Source of the DNA: Candidatus Omnitrophota bacterium
Lineage (GTDB): Bacteria > Omnitrophota > Omnitrophia > Omnitrophales > Aquincolibacteriaceae
Assembly (NCBI GenBank): GCA_043821445.1
Contig: JBDRCT010000013.1
Span: 6,270-70,269 of the forward strand
Direction of reading: 5' to 3'
DNA length: 64,000 nucleotides
The first letter of the stretch is position 1; each line of letters opens with the position of its first letter. Shown one piece after another: positions 52,301 to 62,900 of this stretch. The position numbers and the translations under genes were made by a program. The notes beneath the pieces are model-generated. The model saw only the letters and a program-made list of their open reading frames with translations. It had not been told where the DNA came from and did no database searches.

Positions 52301-53909
52301 CCACAAAGCTCATTAGTGACATCACGAGATTTTCACGATACGGATCGATCGGCGGATTGGTCACTTGCGCGAAAAGCTGCCTGAAGTAATTATAAAGGAG
52401 CTGGGAACGGTCCGAAAGAACGGCAAGCGCGGCGTCATTGCCCATGGAGCCCACGGGTTCCTGCGCGTTCTGTGCCATCGGAAGAAGGATCATCTTTTCG
52501 TCTTCGAGCGTGTAACCGAAAATGCGCTGGCGGAGTGCGAGCGTCTTTTCATCGACTTCCACGGGACCCGGCACCTGAAGCAATCCTCTTAATTCGATCC
52601 GGTTCTCTTCAAGCCACCGGCGGTAGGGTTTACTCCGGGCGATCACGGATTTGATCTCATTGTCCTTGATCACCCGTCTCGAAACCGTATCCACCAAAAG
52701 CATCTTCCCGGGGGTCAGCATTCCTTTCTCAAGAATGTCCGGAGGATTTAGATCAAGCACTCCGACCTCGGACGCCATGACCACAAGCCCGCTTTTTGTG
52801 ATGACATAGCGGACAGGACGCAGGCCGTTCCGGTCCAGGATCGCGCCGACCTTCATTCCGTCCGTGAATGCAACGGCGGCGGGGCCATCCCACGGTTCCA
52901 TGATCGCGGCGTGATATTCAAGGAATGCCCGCTTCGCCTCGCTGATATGGTATTTCACGCCGAAGGCCTCGGGGATCATCATCATCATGGCATGCTCCAT
53001 GGAGCGTCCGCCCAGGGTCAAGAGCTCAAAAACATTATCAAGGATGCCCGAATCGCTTAAGTTAGGATTGATGACCGGCAAAATCTTTTTGATCCCAGCA
53101 CCTAAAAGATCCGAGGAGATCCTCGTCTCCCGGGCCATCATCTTGTTGATGTTGCCGCGCAGGGTATTGATCTCCCCGTTATGCGCCAAAAAATGGAAGG
53201 GGTGTGCCAGGGCCCAGGATGGGAACGTATTCGTGGAATAGCGTTGATGCACGACTGCAAGAGCGCTGACGAGATCTTCATCCATAAGATCGATAAAGAA
53301 GTGGTCAAACTGCGGGGCCGCGAACATGCCTTTGTAGACGACCGTGCGTGAGGAAAGGGACGGGATATAGAAATCTTCCAGGGCCCAACCCAGCTTCACC
53401 GCTTCGTTCTCAAGAATTTTCCGGAGCATGTAAAGACGACGTTCCAAGACCAGCTTCTCAAGCCCGTCATAGGCCACAAAGACCTGCCAAATGGACGGCA
53501 TCACTTCCCGGGCCATGTCTCCGAGACAGTCCGGATGGACCGGGACTTCCCGCCACCCGAGGACTTTTCCGCCGTCCAGAATGATCTGATCGGCGATCAT
53601 CTTTCGCGCGTGTTCGGAATTTTTTTCCTGCCTCGGAAGGAAAAGCATCCCCACGCCGTACTTTCCTTCGACCGGCAGCTGAAATTTCAGAACTCTGGAG
53701 AAAAACTTGTGCGGGATCTGAAGGATCATGCCGGCGCCGTCGCCGGTCTTCAGATCGCCTCCGACCGCGCCGCGATGAACGAGATTTTTCAGGATCTGAA
53801 CTCCGTCGCGGACGACCTGGTGCGTTCTTGTCCCGTCGATCTTAACGATGAAACCGACGCCACACGCGTCATGCTCCATATGGGGATGATAAAGTCCTTG
53901 CGCTTTCAT
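49386..53909 (-). CDS. gltB: glutamate synthase large (alpha) subunit
   Basis: 1507 aa. N-terminal Ntn amidotransferase (MEHDACGVGF), central FMN / 3Fe-4S domain, C-terminal GXGXG domain. Confidence 0.9.
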   Translation of the reverse strand: MKAQGLYHPHMEHDACGVGFIVKIDGTRTHQVVRDGVQILKNLVHRGAVGGDLKTGDGAGMILQIPHKFFSRVLKFQLPVEGKYGVGMLFLPRQEKNSEHARKMIADQIILDGGKVLGWREVPVHPDCLGDMAREVMPSIWQVFVAYDGLEKLVLERRLYMLRKILENEAVKLGWALEDFYIPSLSSRTVVYKGMFAAPQFDHFFIDLMDEDLVSALAVVHQRYSTNTFPSWALAHPFHFLAHNGEINTLRGNINKMMARETRISSDLLGAGIKKILPVINPNLSDSGILDNVFELLTLGGRSMEHAMMMMIPEAFGVKYHISEAKRAFLEYHAAIMEPWDGPAAVAFTDGMKVGAILDRNGLRPVRYVITKSGLVVMASEVGVLDLNPPDILEKGMLTPGKMLLVDTVSRRVIKDNEIKSVIARSKPYRRWLEENRIELRGLLQVPGPVEVDEKTLALRQRIFGYTLEDEKMILLPMAQNAQEPVGSMGNDAALAVLSDRSQLLYNYFRQLFAQVTNPPIDPYRENLVMSLMSFVGRQGNLLSETPEHCHQLKLSHPILTNDDIERLKASNLTSFRVCTVPMLFDVSASAGSLEKSVQALCVHVEQKLDEGYSLVILSDRETGPGKAPIPALLAGSAVHQHLIRKGKRYLGGLVLETGEAREVHHFACLVGYGVNAINPYLVFESLADLKRRGHLSAEITLETAIEHYITAVKKGLLKVMSKMGISTLRSYRGAQIFEAVGLNDEFVKRYFPGTPSRIQGIGLEVVERESLDRFAAAFQGSRSNTEILDSGGSYHYRLNAEKHLFSPQAIVNLQQSVREGDYNVFKRYTSEVNDISKNLCTLRGLFKFKKGQPVPIEEVEPVDSIVKRFVSSAMSFGSISKEAHETIAIAMNRLGAGSNSGEGGEDEARYKPLPNGDSSKSSIKQVASARFGVTIDYLVHSRELQIKMAQGAKPGEGGQLPGHKVDELIARVRHSTPGVMLISPPPHHDIYSIEDLAQLIFDLKNANPEARISVKLVSEVGVGTVAAGVAKGKADMVLISGHDGGTGASPISSIKYAGSPWEIGLAEAQQVLVMNKLRDRIRVQVDGQLKTGRDIVIGAMLGAEEFGFGTTAVVTLGCIMMRKCHLNTCPVGVATQNPELRKRFAGKPEHLMNFMRFIAQEVREIMAELGFKKFEEMVGRVDRLEVLEAVTHYKTRGLDFSKVLSVPEVPHGGSIRCVSAPAHDFSLSLDPDLIKKAKSALEFKQPIVLEQKIRNCNRTVGTTLSYEIAKRYGLKGLPEDTIKIKFEGSAGQSFGAFLAHGVTLELEGDANDYFGKGLSGGRLIVYPPRSATFRPQDNIITGNVNLFGATGGEAYIHGRAGVRFCVRNSGAVAVVEGVGDHGCEYMTGGRVIILGQTGVNFAAGMSGGIAYVLDESQFFDTRCNLEMVDLEPVAEKEDREFLKTAIERHAKFTGSQYAKAILASWDEMLPRFVKVMPMDYKKAVAKMKEHQMKNSESAEMTEEVFF

Positions 53910-53920
53910 TGCTTTTTCCC

Positions 53921-53960
53921 TTTATACTTTGACACTTTGATACTTTGATACCTTACAACG
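53921..53960. repeat. Repeat family B copy 4
   Basis: tttatactttgacactttgatactttgatacc, immediately upstream of the gltB start. Confidence 0.65.
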
Positions 53961-54031
53961 TCATGATAGTCTTGGACCGACCGGACATCCAGCTCATTAT
54001 CCTTCAAGGCCTGAGTCCCGGGCCTCGAACA

Positions 54032-56191
54032 TTACCCGAAATAGCAGATGACTTTTTGAGAAAGGATATCCGCGGCGATCTTGAGTTCGTTCTTCTTTAC
54101 ATCGAACACCTTGACCACGTGTTCATATTTTTTGTATTCCGGTGCCAATTTCTTAAGTGTCTTGGGAATCGCTTCAAAGAATTTCCGGTCCATCGCCACG
54201 CTCGGATCATCCGGGAAAAGGGCCACATAAAAGATCCCCGTTTCCACAAGGTCCTGGAAGAAATGGGTCCCAAAGGAGATCTCGGGAGATGCATTCTCCG
54301 TGACAAAAGCGATCTCCCCAAGGACCGTAATATGATTGATCTCGGCAAAAGAGACCGGCACCCCCAGAGAAGGCGTGGTCGTCCCCCACCGGCCCGGGCC
54401 CAAGAGCATCACGGCCATTTTCTCCTTGCTCTCGATCTTTCGATTGAGTTCTCCGACAATGCGCGCAATGTCATAACGCTCGGATTGTGTTTCCAGCCCG
54501 CAATAAGCCTCCGGGTCTACGTAGATGATCCTGTCGATCGTCTGCAAAATATTCCCGCCGAGAAAATTCCCTTTCGAACAGAAGAGGGTCTTGTCCTTGG
54601 GGATCATTTTCGGGATCTTGACGCGCTGCCCCAATCCTTTGGTCTGCATCGGCCGGCATTGGACCAGGTTCATCTGGAACTCCTCGTTTTTCTTGAAATT
54701 GACCGTGAATTCGATATCCACGGGATAGCCGTAGGCCGCTTCCAAGATCTTGAGGATCTTCTGCATGATCGGACAAAATTCTGTCTTTGAAACAAGGCTA
54801 TCGAATGTGATGATCCAGGGTTCCTCTTCGGACCCCATCGCCTGTAATTTCTCCGCAACTTCATGGTCTTTGATCGCCAGAAGCTCGAGAGGTAGCCCCA
54901 CTTTTTCCCTAAGTAATTTTCTGAAAGAGATCGTTTGCGGAATATTTTCTTTGATGTTTAATACATCCACGTCATGTTGGGAGAATTTTTGCGTCGCCGC
55001 CATCCCCGCATAAGCCTTGAGAAGAGGTTCATCCAAAGCCACGACCCTCGGGTAGTCACCTTCGACACGATTGACCGCGCGGGTCCCCAGACCCAGGACC
55101 AAACGCAACATGCCTGCCTTGGGATCCAGACCGCTCTTCCAGACAAAAACGTTTTGTGAGATTCCGACACCGGCGACATCCGGGAAGAAATAATCCTGAT
55201 GGTAGGCCCCTGAGACCCTCTGGACAAGAAGCGCCATTTGTTCGTCCATCTGGTCCAATCCGCGTTGCAGCCGGTAAGCCAAAGCATCCGGATTCATCGT
55301 GGAGGCATAGATCCGCCGGACCGCCTCAACGAACTTCGCATACCGCTCGTCGGGCGTCCCCTGATTGACGAGAAAAACACTTTCATATTTCCCGGCAAAG
55401 GCATTCCCGTAACTGTCCTCGAGCAAACTGCTGGAACGGACGATGATCGGTGATTGCCCGAAATATTCGATCATCTGCAAGAATTGGTCCTTGATCTCTT
55501 CGGGGAAAACACCCCTTAGCAATTCTTCATGAAGTTTCCCGGCCACTTCAAAATAACCTTCGGGAGTCCTCTGCGCCATATGGTCTTTCCACAGGCCATT
55601 TTCAACAATGTAGGTATAGAAGACGTCCGAACCGATATAGAAGGAATCGTGGGGTTCGAATAATTTTTCCGTTTCCAGGGACTTTTCTTTCAACAAAATG
55701 CTCCGGGCGATCAACATCCCCACGGATTTACCTCCGATGAACCCGGTCCCGATCATTCTCGCCTTGATATTCAATAGATCATCGAGCGCAAGGTTCTCCT
55801 TGGCCAGGCCCAGCATTTTTTCATCGCGTGCCAATACGATCCGGCACAGCTGGTCCATCATTTGTTCTTTAGCCCCGTGAGAAGCGCCTTTGCGGCCGGC
55901 AAGGTCCTCCGCCTTTAAGAAAAGCTGGTCCCAGTAATCCAGATAACGTTTGGCGCTCTTGGCCCCTTTTTTAAAGATCTCAGAGAAAACCTTCGCCGTG
56001 TCGGCGCTGTTGGCGATCGGGATGAATTTTTCCTTCTGACGGACATGAGGCAGGAACATGGTCGGGGAATACCGGTTCCAAACCTTCAGAAGGTGGATAT
56101 AGCAATCGCCGTGGTAATAATACACTTCGATCAAGAGCTGGGTCGTATCCCGGATACGCGCGACGGTCTTGAACGAATGCCGGTTCCGCAA
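54032..56191 (-). CDS. PEP/pyruvate-binding (PPDK_N, PF01326) domain phosphotransferase, PEP-synthase / rifampin-phosphotransferase-like
   Basis: IGTGFIGGKSVGMLIARSIL ... PIIVRSSSLLEDSYGNAFAGKYESV ... ATP-grasp-like N-terminal half of pyruvate, water dikinases. No obvious His swivel domain recognised. Start uncertain. Confidence 0.6.
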   Translation of the reverse strand: MRNRHSFKTVARIRDTTQLLIEVYYYHGDCYIHLLKVWNRYSPTMFLPHVRQKEKFIPIANSADTAKVFSEIFKKGAKSAKRYLDYWDQLFLKAEDLAGRKGASHGAKEQMMDQLCRIVLARDEKMLGLAKENLALDDLLNIKARMIGTGFIGGKSVGMLIARSILLKEKSLETEKLFEPHDSFYIGSDVFYTYIVENGLWKDHMAQRTPEGYFEVAGKLHEELLRGVFPEEIKDQFLQMIEYFGQSPIIVRSSSLLEDSYGNAFAGKYESVFLVNQGTPDERYAKFVEAVRRIYASTMNPDALAYRLQRGLDQMDEQMALLVQRVSGAYHQDYFFPDVAGVGISQNVFVWKSGLDPKAGMLRLVLGLGTRAVNRVEGDYPRVVALDEPLLKAYAGMAATQKFSQHDVDVLNIKENIPQTISFRKLLREKVGLPLELLAIKDHEVAEKLQAMGSEEEPWIITFDSLVSKTEFCPIMQKILKILEAAYGYPVDIEFTVNFKKNEEFQMNLVQCRPMQTKGLGQRVKIPKMIPKDKTLFCSKGNFLGGNILQTIDRIIYVDPEAYCGLETQSERYDIARIVGELNRKIESKEKMAVMLLGPGRWGTTTPSLGVPVSFAEINHITVLGEIAFVTENASPEISFGTHFFQDLVETGIFYVALFPDDPSVAMDRKFFEAIPKTLKKLAPEYKKYEHVVKVFDVKKNELKIAADILSQKVICYFG

Positions 56192-56219
56192 AAGAGCAAA
56201 ATAGGCGATCGTATTCAGT

Positions 56220-56609
56220 TCATAAAGGTAGGGGGCAGGTGATCTTGAAAAAATTCCCGATCATGAGATCATTGGCCCAAGCCGAGAGCAGGTCCGAGAG
56301 GCAGTCAAAAACATAAAAAACGCCTTCGCCTTCTTTCTTCGCGATACTGTTGATCTCGGCGGAAAAAGGTTCAAAGCCTGCGTGCGGATCCAGTTTGTAG
56401 ACCTTGATGTTCTTGTCTTCCTTCAGCAGGGGCTCGTGACTGGCAAAGCGGATATAGACGAGCCTTCTTTTTTCTTCGAGAGCTTTTTGGACGAGGGGAA
56501 TGACAAATTCCGCGTAATGTTGGATCGTATCGACTTGCCAAACGACATTGTCGCCCAGCCGCAATCCCGTGGTCACTTTGTCGAGACCCTTCACTCCTGA
56601 GCTGATCAA
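56220..56609 (-). CDS. small hypothetical protein, possibly a degenerate RecA/KaiC-like fragment
   Basis: SGVKGLDKVTTGLRLGDNVVWQVD resembles KaiC/RadA N-terminal G-x-GLD..LGGG but has no P-loop; FYVFDCLSDL is Walker-B-like. Its stop lies 28 nt before the PPDK_N ORF start in a different frame, near an A6 homopolymer. Confidence 0.35.
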   Translation of the reverse strand: MISSGVKGLDKVTTGLRLGDNVVWQVDTIQHYAEFVIPLVQKALEEKRRLVYIRFASHEPLLKEDKNIKVYKLDPHAGFEPFSAEINSIAKKEGEGVFYVFDCLSDLLSAWANDLMIGNFFKITCPLPL

Positions 56610-56628
56610 GAGACTCTCCTTTTATGAC

Positions 56629-59600
56629 TTAATTGTGATGCGCATGATAATCATGGATCGACCGGACGTCCAGGTCACTATCCTTGACGGCCTGGAGTCC
56701 CCGGAGTGCCGCGCGCGCGGCGCTCAACGGCGTGATACAAGGAATATTAAAAGCGACCGCAAGCGACCGTATCTTACCCTCATCCAGCATCGGGCCTTTC
56801 CCGCTCGGCGTATTGATGATGAGATCCATTTTTTTATTCCGGACCCAATCCCCGATATTCGGACTTCCCTCGGTAATCTTCAGGATCTCCTGAACCGGCA
56901 CCCGGTAGTCTCTCAGCACCTGCGTCGTTCCTTTGGTCGACACGATCTTGAAGCCGAGCCGGTGGAATGCCCTGGCGATCTCTGCGATCTTCGGCTTGTC
57001 GGTATCCTTCACACTGATAAAAATTGTACCCTTTCGCGGGATACAACTCATCGCCGCGTCCTGGGACTTGTAGAATGCCCGGCCGAAATCCTTATCGATC
57101 CCCATGACCTCTCCTGTGGATTTCATTTCCGGTGAAAGAATAATGTCGACCCCCGGGAACTTCACGAACGGAAACACGGATTCTTTTACCGCCACATGTT
57201 TCGGCACAACCTCTTCGGTAAATTTCAGCTCTTTAAGTGTCTTGCCTGCCATAAGCTGCGCGGCAAGCTTGGCGAGCGGCACCCCGATCGTTTTGCTCAC
57301 AAACGGAACCGTTCGTGACGCGCGGGGATTCACTTCCAGGCAATAAACCTGCCCTTTTTGGATCGCGTACTGGACGTTCATCAGCCCTACCACGCCGAGC
57401 TCTTTGGCGATCTGTTTGGTCTTTGAAACGATCTCTTCAACGATCTCCCTGGGGACCGAGAATGGCGGAATGACGGAAGCGCTGTCACCGGAATGAATGC
57501 CGGCTTCTTCAATGTGTTCCATGACCGAGCCGACGACCGCGATCTTCCCGTCTGAAATAAGGTCCACATCCATTTCAGTCGCATCTTCCAGGAATTTATC
57601 GACCAGCACCGGCTGGTCGTCACTTGCCTCGACCGCCTGTTTCATATATTTTTTAAGAGAGGTCTGGTCATACACGATTTCCATCGCACGCCCTCCGAGC
57701 ACGTAGGACGGACGGATCACGACAGGATATCCTATTTCCTTTGCGATCTGATGGGCCTCGTCGATGCTCGTCGCGATCCCATTGGCGGGCTGGCGCAAAC
57801 CGATCTTCTTAAGAAGCTTCTTGAACCTGTCGCGGTCTTCGGCGCGGTCGATCGCGTCGACCGAGGTCCCAAGGATCTTCACACCGTTCGCCAAGAGGGA
57901 TTTCGCGAGATTTAAGGGCGTCTGTCCGCCCAGCTGAAGGATCACGCCCAATGGTTTTTCATTTTCATAGATATTAAGGACATCTTCCAGCGTGAGCGGC
58001 TCGAAGAAAAGTTTGTCGGAAGTGTCATAGTCAGTACTCACGGTCTCCGGGTTGGAGTTGACCATGATCGTTTCATAGCCCATTTTCCTGAGCGCAAGCA
58101 CGGCGTGAACGCAGCAATAATCAAATTCGATCCCCTGTCCGATGCGGTTCGGCCCGCCCCCGAGGATCATGACTTTCTTTTTCCGGCTGGGGTTCGCTTC
58201 GTCCTCGTCCTCATAAGTCGAATAAAAATAAGGCGTGTAGGCCTTGAATTCCGCGGCGCAGGTATCTACGAGCTTATAGACCGGTTTGATGCCGAGGTTC
58301 TTGCGTTTTTTGCGCACATCCTTTTCCTGGAGCCCCCAGTAAAACGCCAGCTGCCGGTCGGAGAATCCATATTGCTTGGCCTGACGCATGAGCGTCTCCT
58401 GCTGTTTGGGCTTCCCCTGTACGGCAAGCAATTCCCATTCAAGTTCGATGATCTGCTCCATCTGTGCCAAGAACCACGGATCGACCCCTGTCTTTTGATA
58501 GATCTCTGCGGTGGTGTACCCGGCCAGATAAGCGTATTTCAGGTAAAAGACCCTGCCTTCCCGCGGGACTCTGGCATAAGCGAATATTTTTTCACGAAGA
58601 TCTTTGTCATTCGGAACCGTTTTGATGAACTGGAGATATTCCTCGCGTGTTTTGAGCGTCAGGTCAAAGATCTTATCCTTCCCGTCGCCCCCGAACCCAA
58701 AGCGCTTTGTCTCAAGCGAGCGTAATCCTTTTTGAAATGCTTCCTTGAAGGTGCGGCCGATGGACATGATCTCGCCCACGGATTTCATTTGTGTCGTTAA
58801 ACGGTCATCTACGCCTTCGAATTTTTCAAAAGCGAAGCGCGGGATCTTGACCACGCAATAGTCGATCGAAGGCTCGAATGAGGCGGGAGTGTATTTGGTG
58901 ATATCGTTGGGAATCTCGTCCAGCGTAAGTCCGACCGCGAGCTTGGCCGCGAATTTTGCGATCGGAAATCCCGTGGCCTTGGAGGCAAGGGCCGATGAAC
59001 GGGACACGCGCGGATTCATTTCAATGATGACCATACGGCCCGTTTTGGGGTCGACCGCGAACTGGACATTGGAACCGCCGGTCTCGATCCCGATCTCGGA
59101 CATAACTTTGCGTGCGGCGTCGCGCATCCGCTGGTATTCCCGGTCCGTCAGGGTCTGCGCCGGAGCCACGGTGATGGAATCGCCCGTATGCACTCCCATG
59201 GGGTCAAGATTCTCGATGGAACAAATGACCACAAAATTGTCGTTGATGTCCCGCATCACTTCCAACTCATACTCCTTCCACCCGACGATCGATTCTTCGA
59301 TCAGGATCTCATGGACCCGGCTGTAATCAAGCCCCGTGCGTGCCGTAGTCCGGAGTTCTGCAAGATTATGACAAACACCGCTTCCCGAACCGCCGAGCGT
59401 GAAACTCGCCCTTACGATCACCGGATAGCCGATCTTTTCGGCGACCTTCTCGGCTTCTTCCAGAGAATACGCAAAATCACTTTTTGGAAGGTCCAGGCCG
59501 ATCCTTTGCATGGCGCGTTTGAATTCCTCCCGGTTCTCGGCCTTCTTGATCGCATCGTATTTCGCGCCGATCATCTCGACATTGTGGCGTTGGAACACTC

Positions 59601-59916
59601 CCGCTTCGTAGGCCTCGACCGCAAGATTCAGTCCCGTTTGACCGCCCATGGTCGGTAAGACCGCGTCGGGCTTCTCTTTGGCGATGACTTTCTCGAGAAA
59701 TTCCACCGTGAGCGGCTCGATATAGGTCGCATCCGCAAGTTCGGGGTCGGTCATGATGGTCGCAGGGTTCGAGTTGATGAGCGTGACCTTGTAGCCTTCT
59801 TCCTTTAGCGCCTTTACGGCCTGCGCGCCCGAGTAATCGAACTCGCAGGCCTGCCCGATGATGATAGGCCCGGACCCGATGATGAGGATCTTTTTAATGT
59901 CGGTTCTTTTTGGCAT
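56629..59916 (-). CDS. carB: carbamoyl-phosphate synthase large subunit, tandem paralog 2
   Basis: 1095 aa, full length. [30 protein letters not shown]; two ATP-grasp halves and a C-terminal MGS-like domain. Confidence 0.85.
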   Translation of the reverse strand: MPKRTDIKKILIIGSGPIIIGQACEFDYSGAQAVKALKEEGYKVTLINSNPATIMTDPELADATYIEPLTVEFLEKVIAKEKPDAVLPTMGGQTGLNLAVEAYEAGVFQRHNVEMIGAKYDAIKKAENREEFKRAMQRIGLDLPKSDFAYSLEEAEKVAEKIGYPVIVRASFTLGGSGSGVCHNLAELRTTARTGLDYSRVHEILIEESIVGWKEYELEVMRDINDNFVVICSIENLDPMGVHTGDSITVAPAQTLTDREYQRMRDAARKVMSEIGIETGGSNVQFAVDPKTGRMVIIEMNPRVSRSSALASKATGFPIAKFAAKLAVGLTLDEIPNDITKYTPASFEPSIDYCVVKIPRFAFEKFEGVDDRLTTQMKSVGEIMSIGRTFKEAFQKGLRSLETKRFGFGGDGKDKIFDLTLKTREEYLQFIKTVPNDKDLREKIFAYARVPREGRVFYLKYAYLAGYTTAEIYQKTGVDPWFLAQMEQIIELEWELLAVQGKPKQQETLMRQAKQYGFSDRQLAFYWGLQEKDVRKKRKNLGIKPVYKLVDTCAAEFKAYTPYFYSTYEDEDEANPSRKKKVMILGGGPNRIGQGIEFDYCCVHAVLALRKMGYETIMVNSNPETVSTDYDTSDKLFFEPLTLEDVLNIYENEKPLGVILQLGGQTPLNLAKSLLANGVKILGTSVDAIDRAEDRDRFKKLLKKIGLRQPANGIATSIDEAHQIAKEIGYPVVIRPSYVLGGRAMEIVYDQTSLKKYMKQAVEASDDQPVLVDKFLEDATEMDVDLISDGKIAVVGSVMEHIEEAGIHSGDSASVIPPFSVPREIVEEIVSKTKQIAKELGVVGLMNVQYAIQKGQVYCLEVNPRASRTVPFVSKTIGVPLAKLAAQLMAGKTLKELKFTEEVVPKHVAVKESVFPFVKFPGVDIILSPEMKSTGEVMGIDKDFGRAFYKSQDAAMSCIPRKGTIFISVKDTDKPKIAEIARAFHRLGFKIVSTKGTTQVLRDYRVPVQEILKITEGSPNIGDWVRNKKMDLIINTPSGKGPMLDEGKIRSLAVAFNIPCITPLSAARAALRGLQAVKDSDLDVRSIHDYHAHHN

Positions 59917-59925
59917 TTTGACTTT

Positions 59926-62900
59926 CTAGACGGTCACCAGTTGTTTTTTCACACCATAATAATCCTGAAGCGATTTCGGCACGATCTTGTCCTTCTTCGC
60001 CGCCGTGATCCCCGCGACGGTCGCCTCCGCGGCTGCCAAGGAGGTCACATATGGCAGCTTGCGCTGGATCGCCATCATGCGGATATAGCTGTCATCCGCC
60101 TGGCTTCCGCGCCCCTCCGGCGTGTTGATGATAAGGTGCAACTCGCCGTTCTTGATGGCATCCGCGATATTGGGTTGACCTTCATGGATCTTTTTGATGA
60201 AGGTGTTTTCGATCTTTTGGGACGTCAGGAACGCACTTGTGTGTTCAGTCGCGAATATTCTGAACCCGAGCGCGGCAAGTTTCTTCGCGATCGGAGAAAG
60301 CATCTCCTTGTCCTTGGAAGCGACCGTCAGGAGAACGTTCCCTTCCAGCGGAAGTTTCGCTCCTGTGGCTTCCTGCGCCTTATAGAACGCGGCGCCGAAG
60401 TTGTCCCCGACCCCCATCACCTCCCCCGTGGCGCGCATTTCGGGACCCAGGATCGGATCCACCTCCGGGAACATATTGAACGGAAAAACAGCTTCCTTAA
60501 CGCCGAAGAAAAGAGCCTTGACGTCTTTCAATTGCGGAAAATCTTTGATCTTTTTCCCGAGCATCATCTCGGTCGCGATGCGCGCGATCGCCACGCCCGT
60601 GACCTTGGAGACGATCGGCACGGTGCGGGAAGCGCGCGGATTGGCTTCAAGGATATAGACCTTGCCGTCACAGATCGCGTACTGGACATTGATCAAACCT
60701 ACGACCTTGAGTGCCTTCGCGATCTTGTCCGTGTAGTCCCGGATCTGGTCCAAATGTTCCTTTGAGATGGTCCTGCTTGGGATCGAACAGGCGGAATCCC
60801 CCGAGTGCACTCCGGCCCATTCGATGTGCTCCATGACGGTCGTGACAAACGTGTCGCTCCCGTCCGCTAAGGCATCCACTTCACATTCAAGCGCCTTTTC
60901 GAGAAAGCGATCGATGAGCATCGGGAACTCCGGACTCACTTTGATGGCTTCGATCGCGTATTTCCTTAACATGGTTTCGTCATAAATGATCTCCATGCCT
61001 CGACCGCCAAGAACGAAAGAAGGACGGACCATCAGGGGATAGCCGATCCTCTCCGCGATCACAAGTGCTTCTTCCAATGAACGCGCGATACCGCTTTCGG
61101 GCTGCGGGATGCCGAGCTCGATCATCTTTTCCCGGAAAAGTTCGCGATCCTCTGCGAAAGCGATGCTTTCCGGCGTGGTCCCGAGGATCTTCACTCCGGC
61201 CTCTTTGAGCTGCCGGGCAACATTGAGAGGCGTTTGCCCCCCGAACTGGACGATCACACCTTCGGGCTTTTCTTTTTCATAGATCGCCAGGACGTCTTCG
61301 ACCGTCAAGGGCTCAAAATAGAGTTTGTTCGCCGTGTCATAATCCGTCGAAACGGTTTCAGGGTTGCAGTTGATCATGATCGATTCATATCCGGCAGCGC
61401 GAAGCGCAAAGACGGCATGCACGCAGGTGTAATCGAACTCGATCCCCTGGCCGATCCGGTTCGGACCGCCGCCGAGGATGAGGATCTTTTTATTCTTCGA
61501 AACCGCCACATCTTTTTTCCCAGGATGGTAGGTGGAATAATAATACGCCGCATTTTCCACGCCGCTCACCGGCACGGCTTCGTACCGCGCGATCTTGCCA
61601 AGACGGATACGGCGTTCTCTTATGGCGGCTTCCGAGACCTTGAACAGTCCCGCAAGATAGCGGTCGGAAAAACCCCACTCCTTGGCCTTAAGAAGATCCT
61701 TGTCCGTGAACTTGTCCCAGGAGTGTTTGAGGATCTCTTCTTCGAACATCACAAGTTCTTTCATTTCATTGATGAACCATTCGCCGATATGGGTCATGCA
61801 GTGAAGTTCGTCCACCGATAACCCATTCCGAAGGGCCTCGTACATCAAAAAGATCCGCTCGCTCGAAGGATGAGCTAAACGCCCCCGGAGCTGTTCCTCG
61901 GAAAGCTGTTTGAAATCCTTCGCCCCGCCGAGGCCGTAACGGCCGATCTCAAGGGACCGGATGGCTTTCTGGAACGCTTCTTTGAAATCCTTGCCGATGG
62001 ACATGACCTCTCCCACGGCTTTCATCTGGGTCCCGAGAATGTCCTTGGCCTTGGGAAATTTCTCGAATGCCCACCGGGAGAATTTGACGACGACATAGTC
62101 GCCGCTTGGCGTATATTTCTCAAGCGTACCGTCCCGCCAATAAGGGATCTCATCCATCGTCAGCCCGGCGGCAAGCCGGGTCGAGACCATGGCGATGGGA
62201 AAACCCGTCGCCTTCGAAGCCAGCGCCGAAGACCGCGATGTGCGCGGGTTGATCTCGATCACGACCACGCGGCCGTCTTTTTTGTTGTGCGCGAACTGGA
62301 TGTTCGTGCCGCCCACGACGCCGATCGCATCGACGATCTTGTAAGAATATTCCTGGAGCTTTTTCTGCAGTTCGGGCGCGATCGTCAGCATCGGCGCCAC
62401 GCAAAAGCTGTCACCCGTGTGAACGCCCATCGCGTCCACATTCTCGATAAAACAGACTGTGATCTTCTGGTTTTTCGCGTCACGAACGACTTCCAGTTCC
62501 AATTCCTCCCACCCGATCACTGCTTCTTCGATCAGCACTTGGCGGGCAATGCTCACCGTGAGCCCTCTGAGCGCGATGACCCGCAAGTCTTCAACGTTAT
62601 AAGCGATCCCGCCTCCGGTGCCGCCCATCGTATAAGCGGGACGGATCACGACCGGGTAACCGATCTTTTGTGCGATGGCTTCGCATTCCGCGACGGTATT
62701 GGCCGTAGCGGATTGCGGCACGGGGATCCCAAGTTGGGCCATGGTCGTCTTAAAGATCTCACGGTCTTCGCCGCGTTCAATGGCATCCGCTTTGACCCCG
62801 ATGATCTGAACGCCGTACTTCTCGAGAATACCTGTCTTATAAAGCGCCGAGGAAAGATTGAGTCCCGTTTGTCCCCCGAGGTTTGGCAGAAGAGCGTCGG

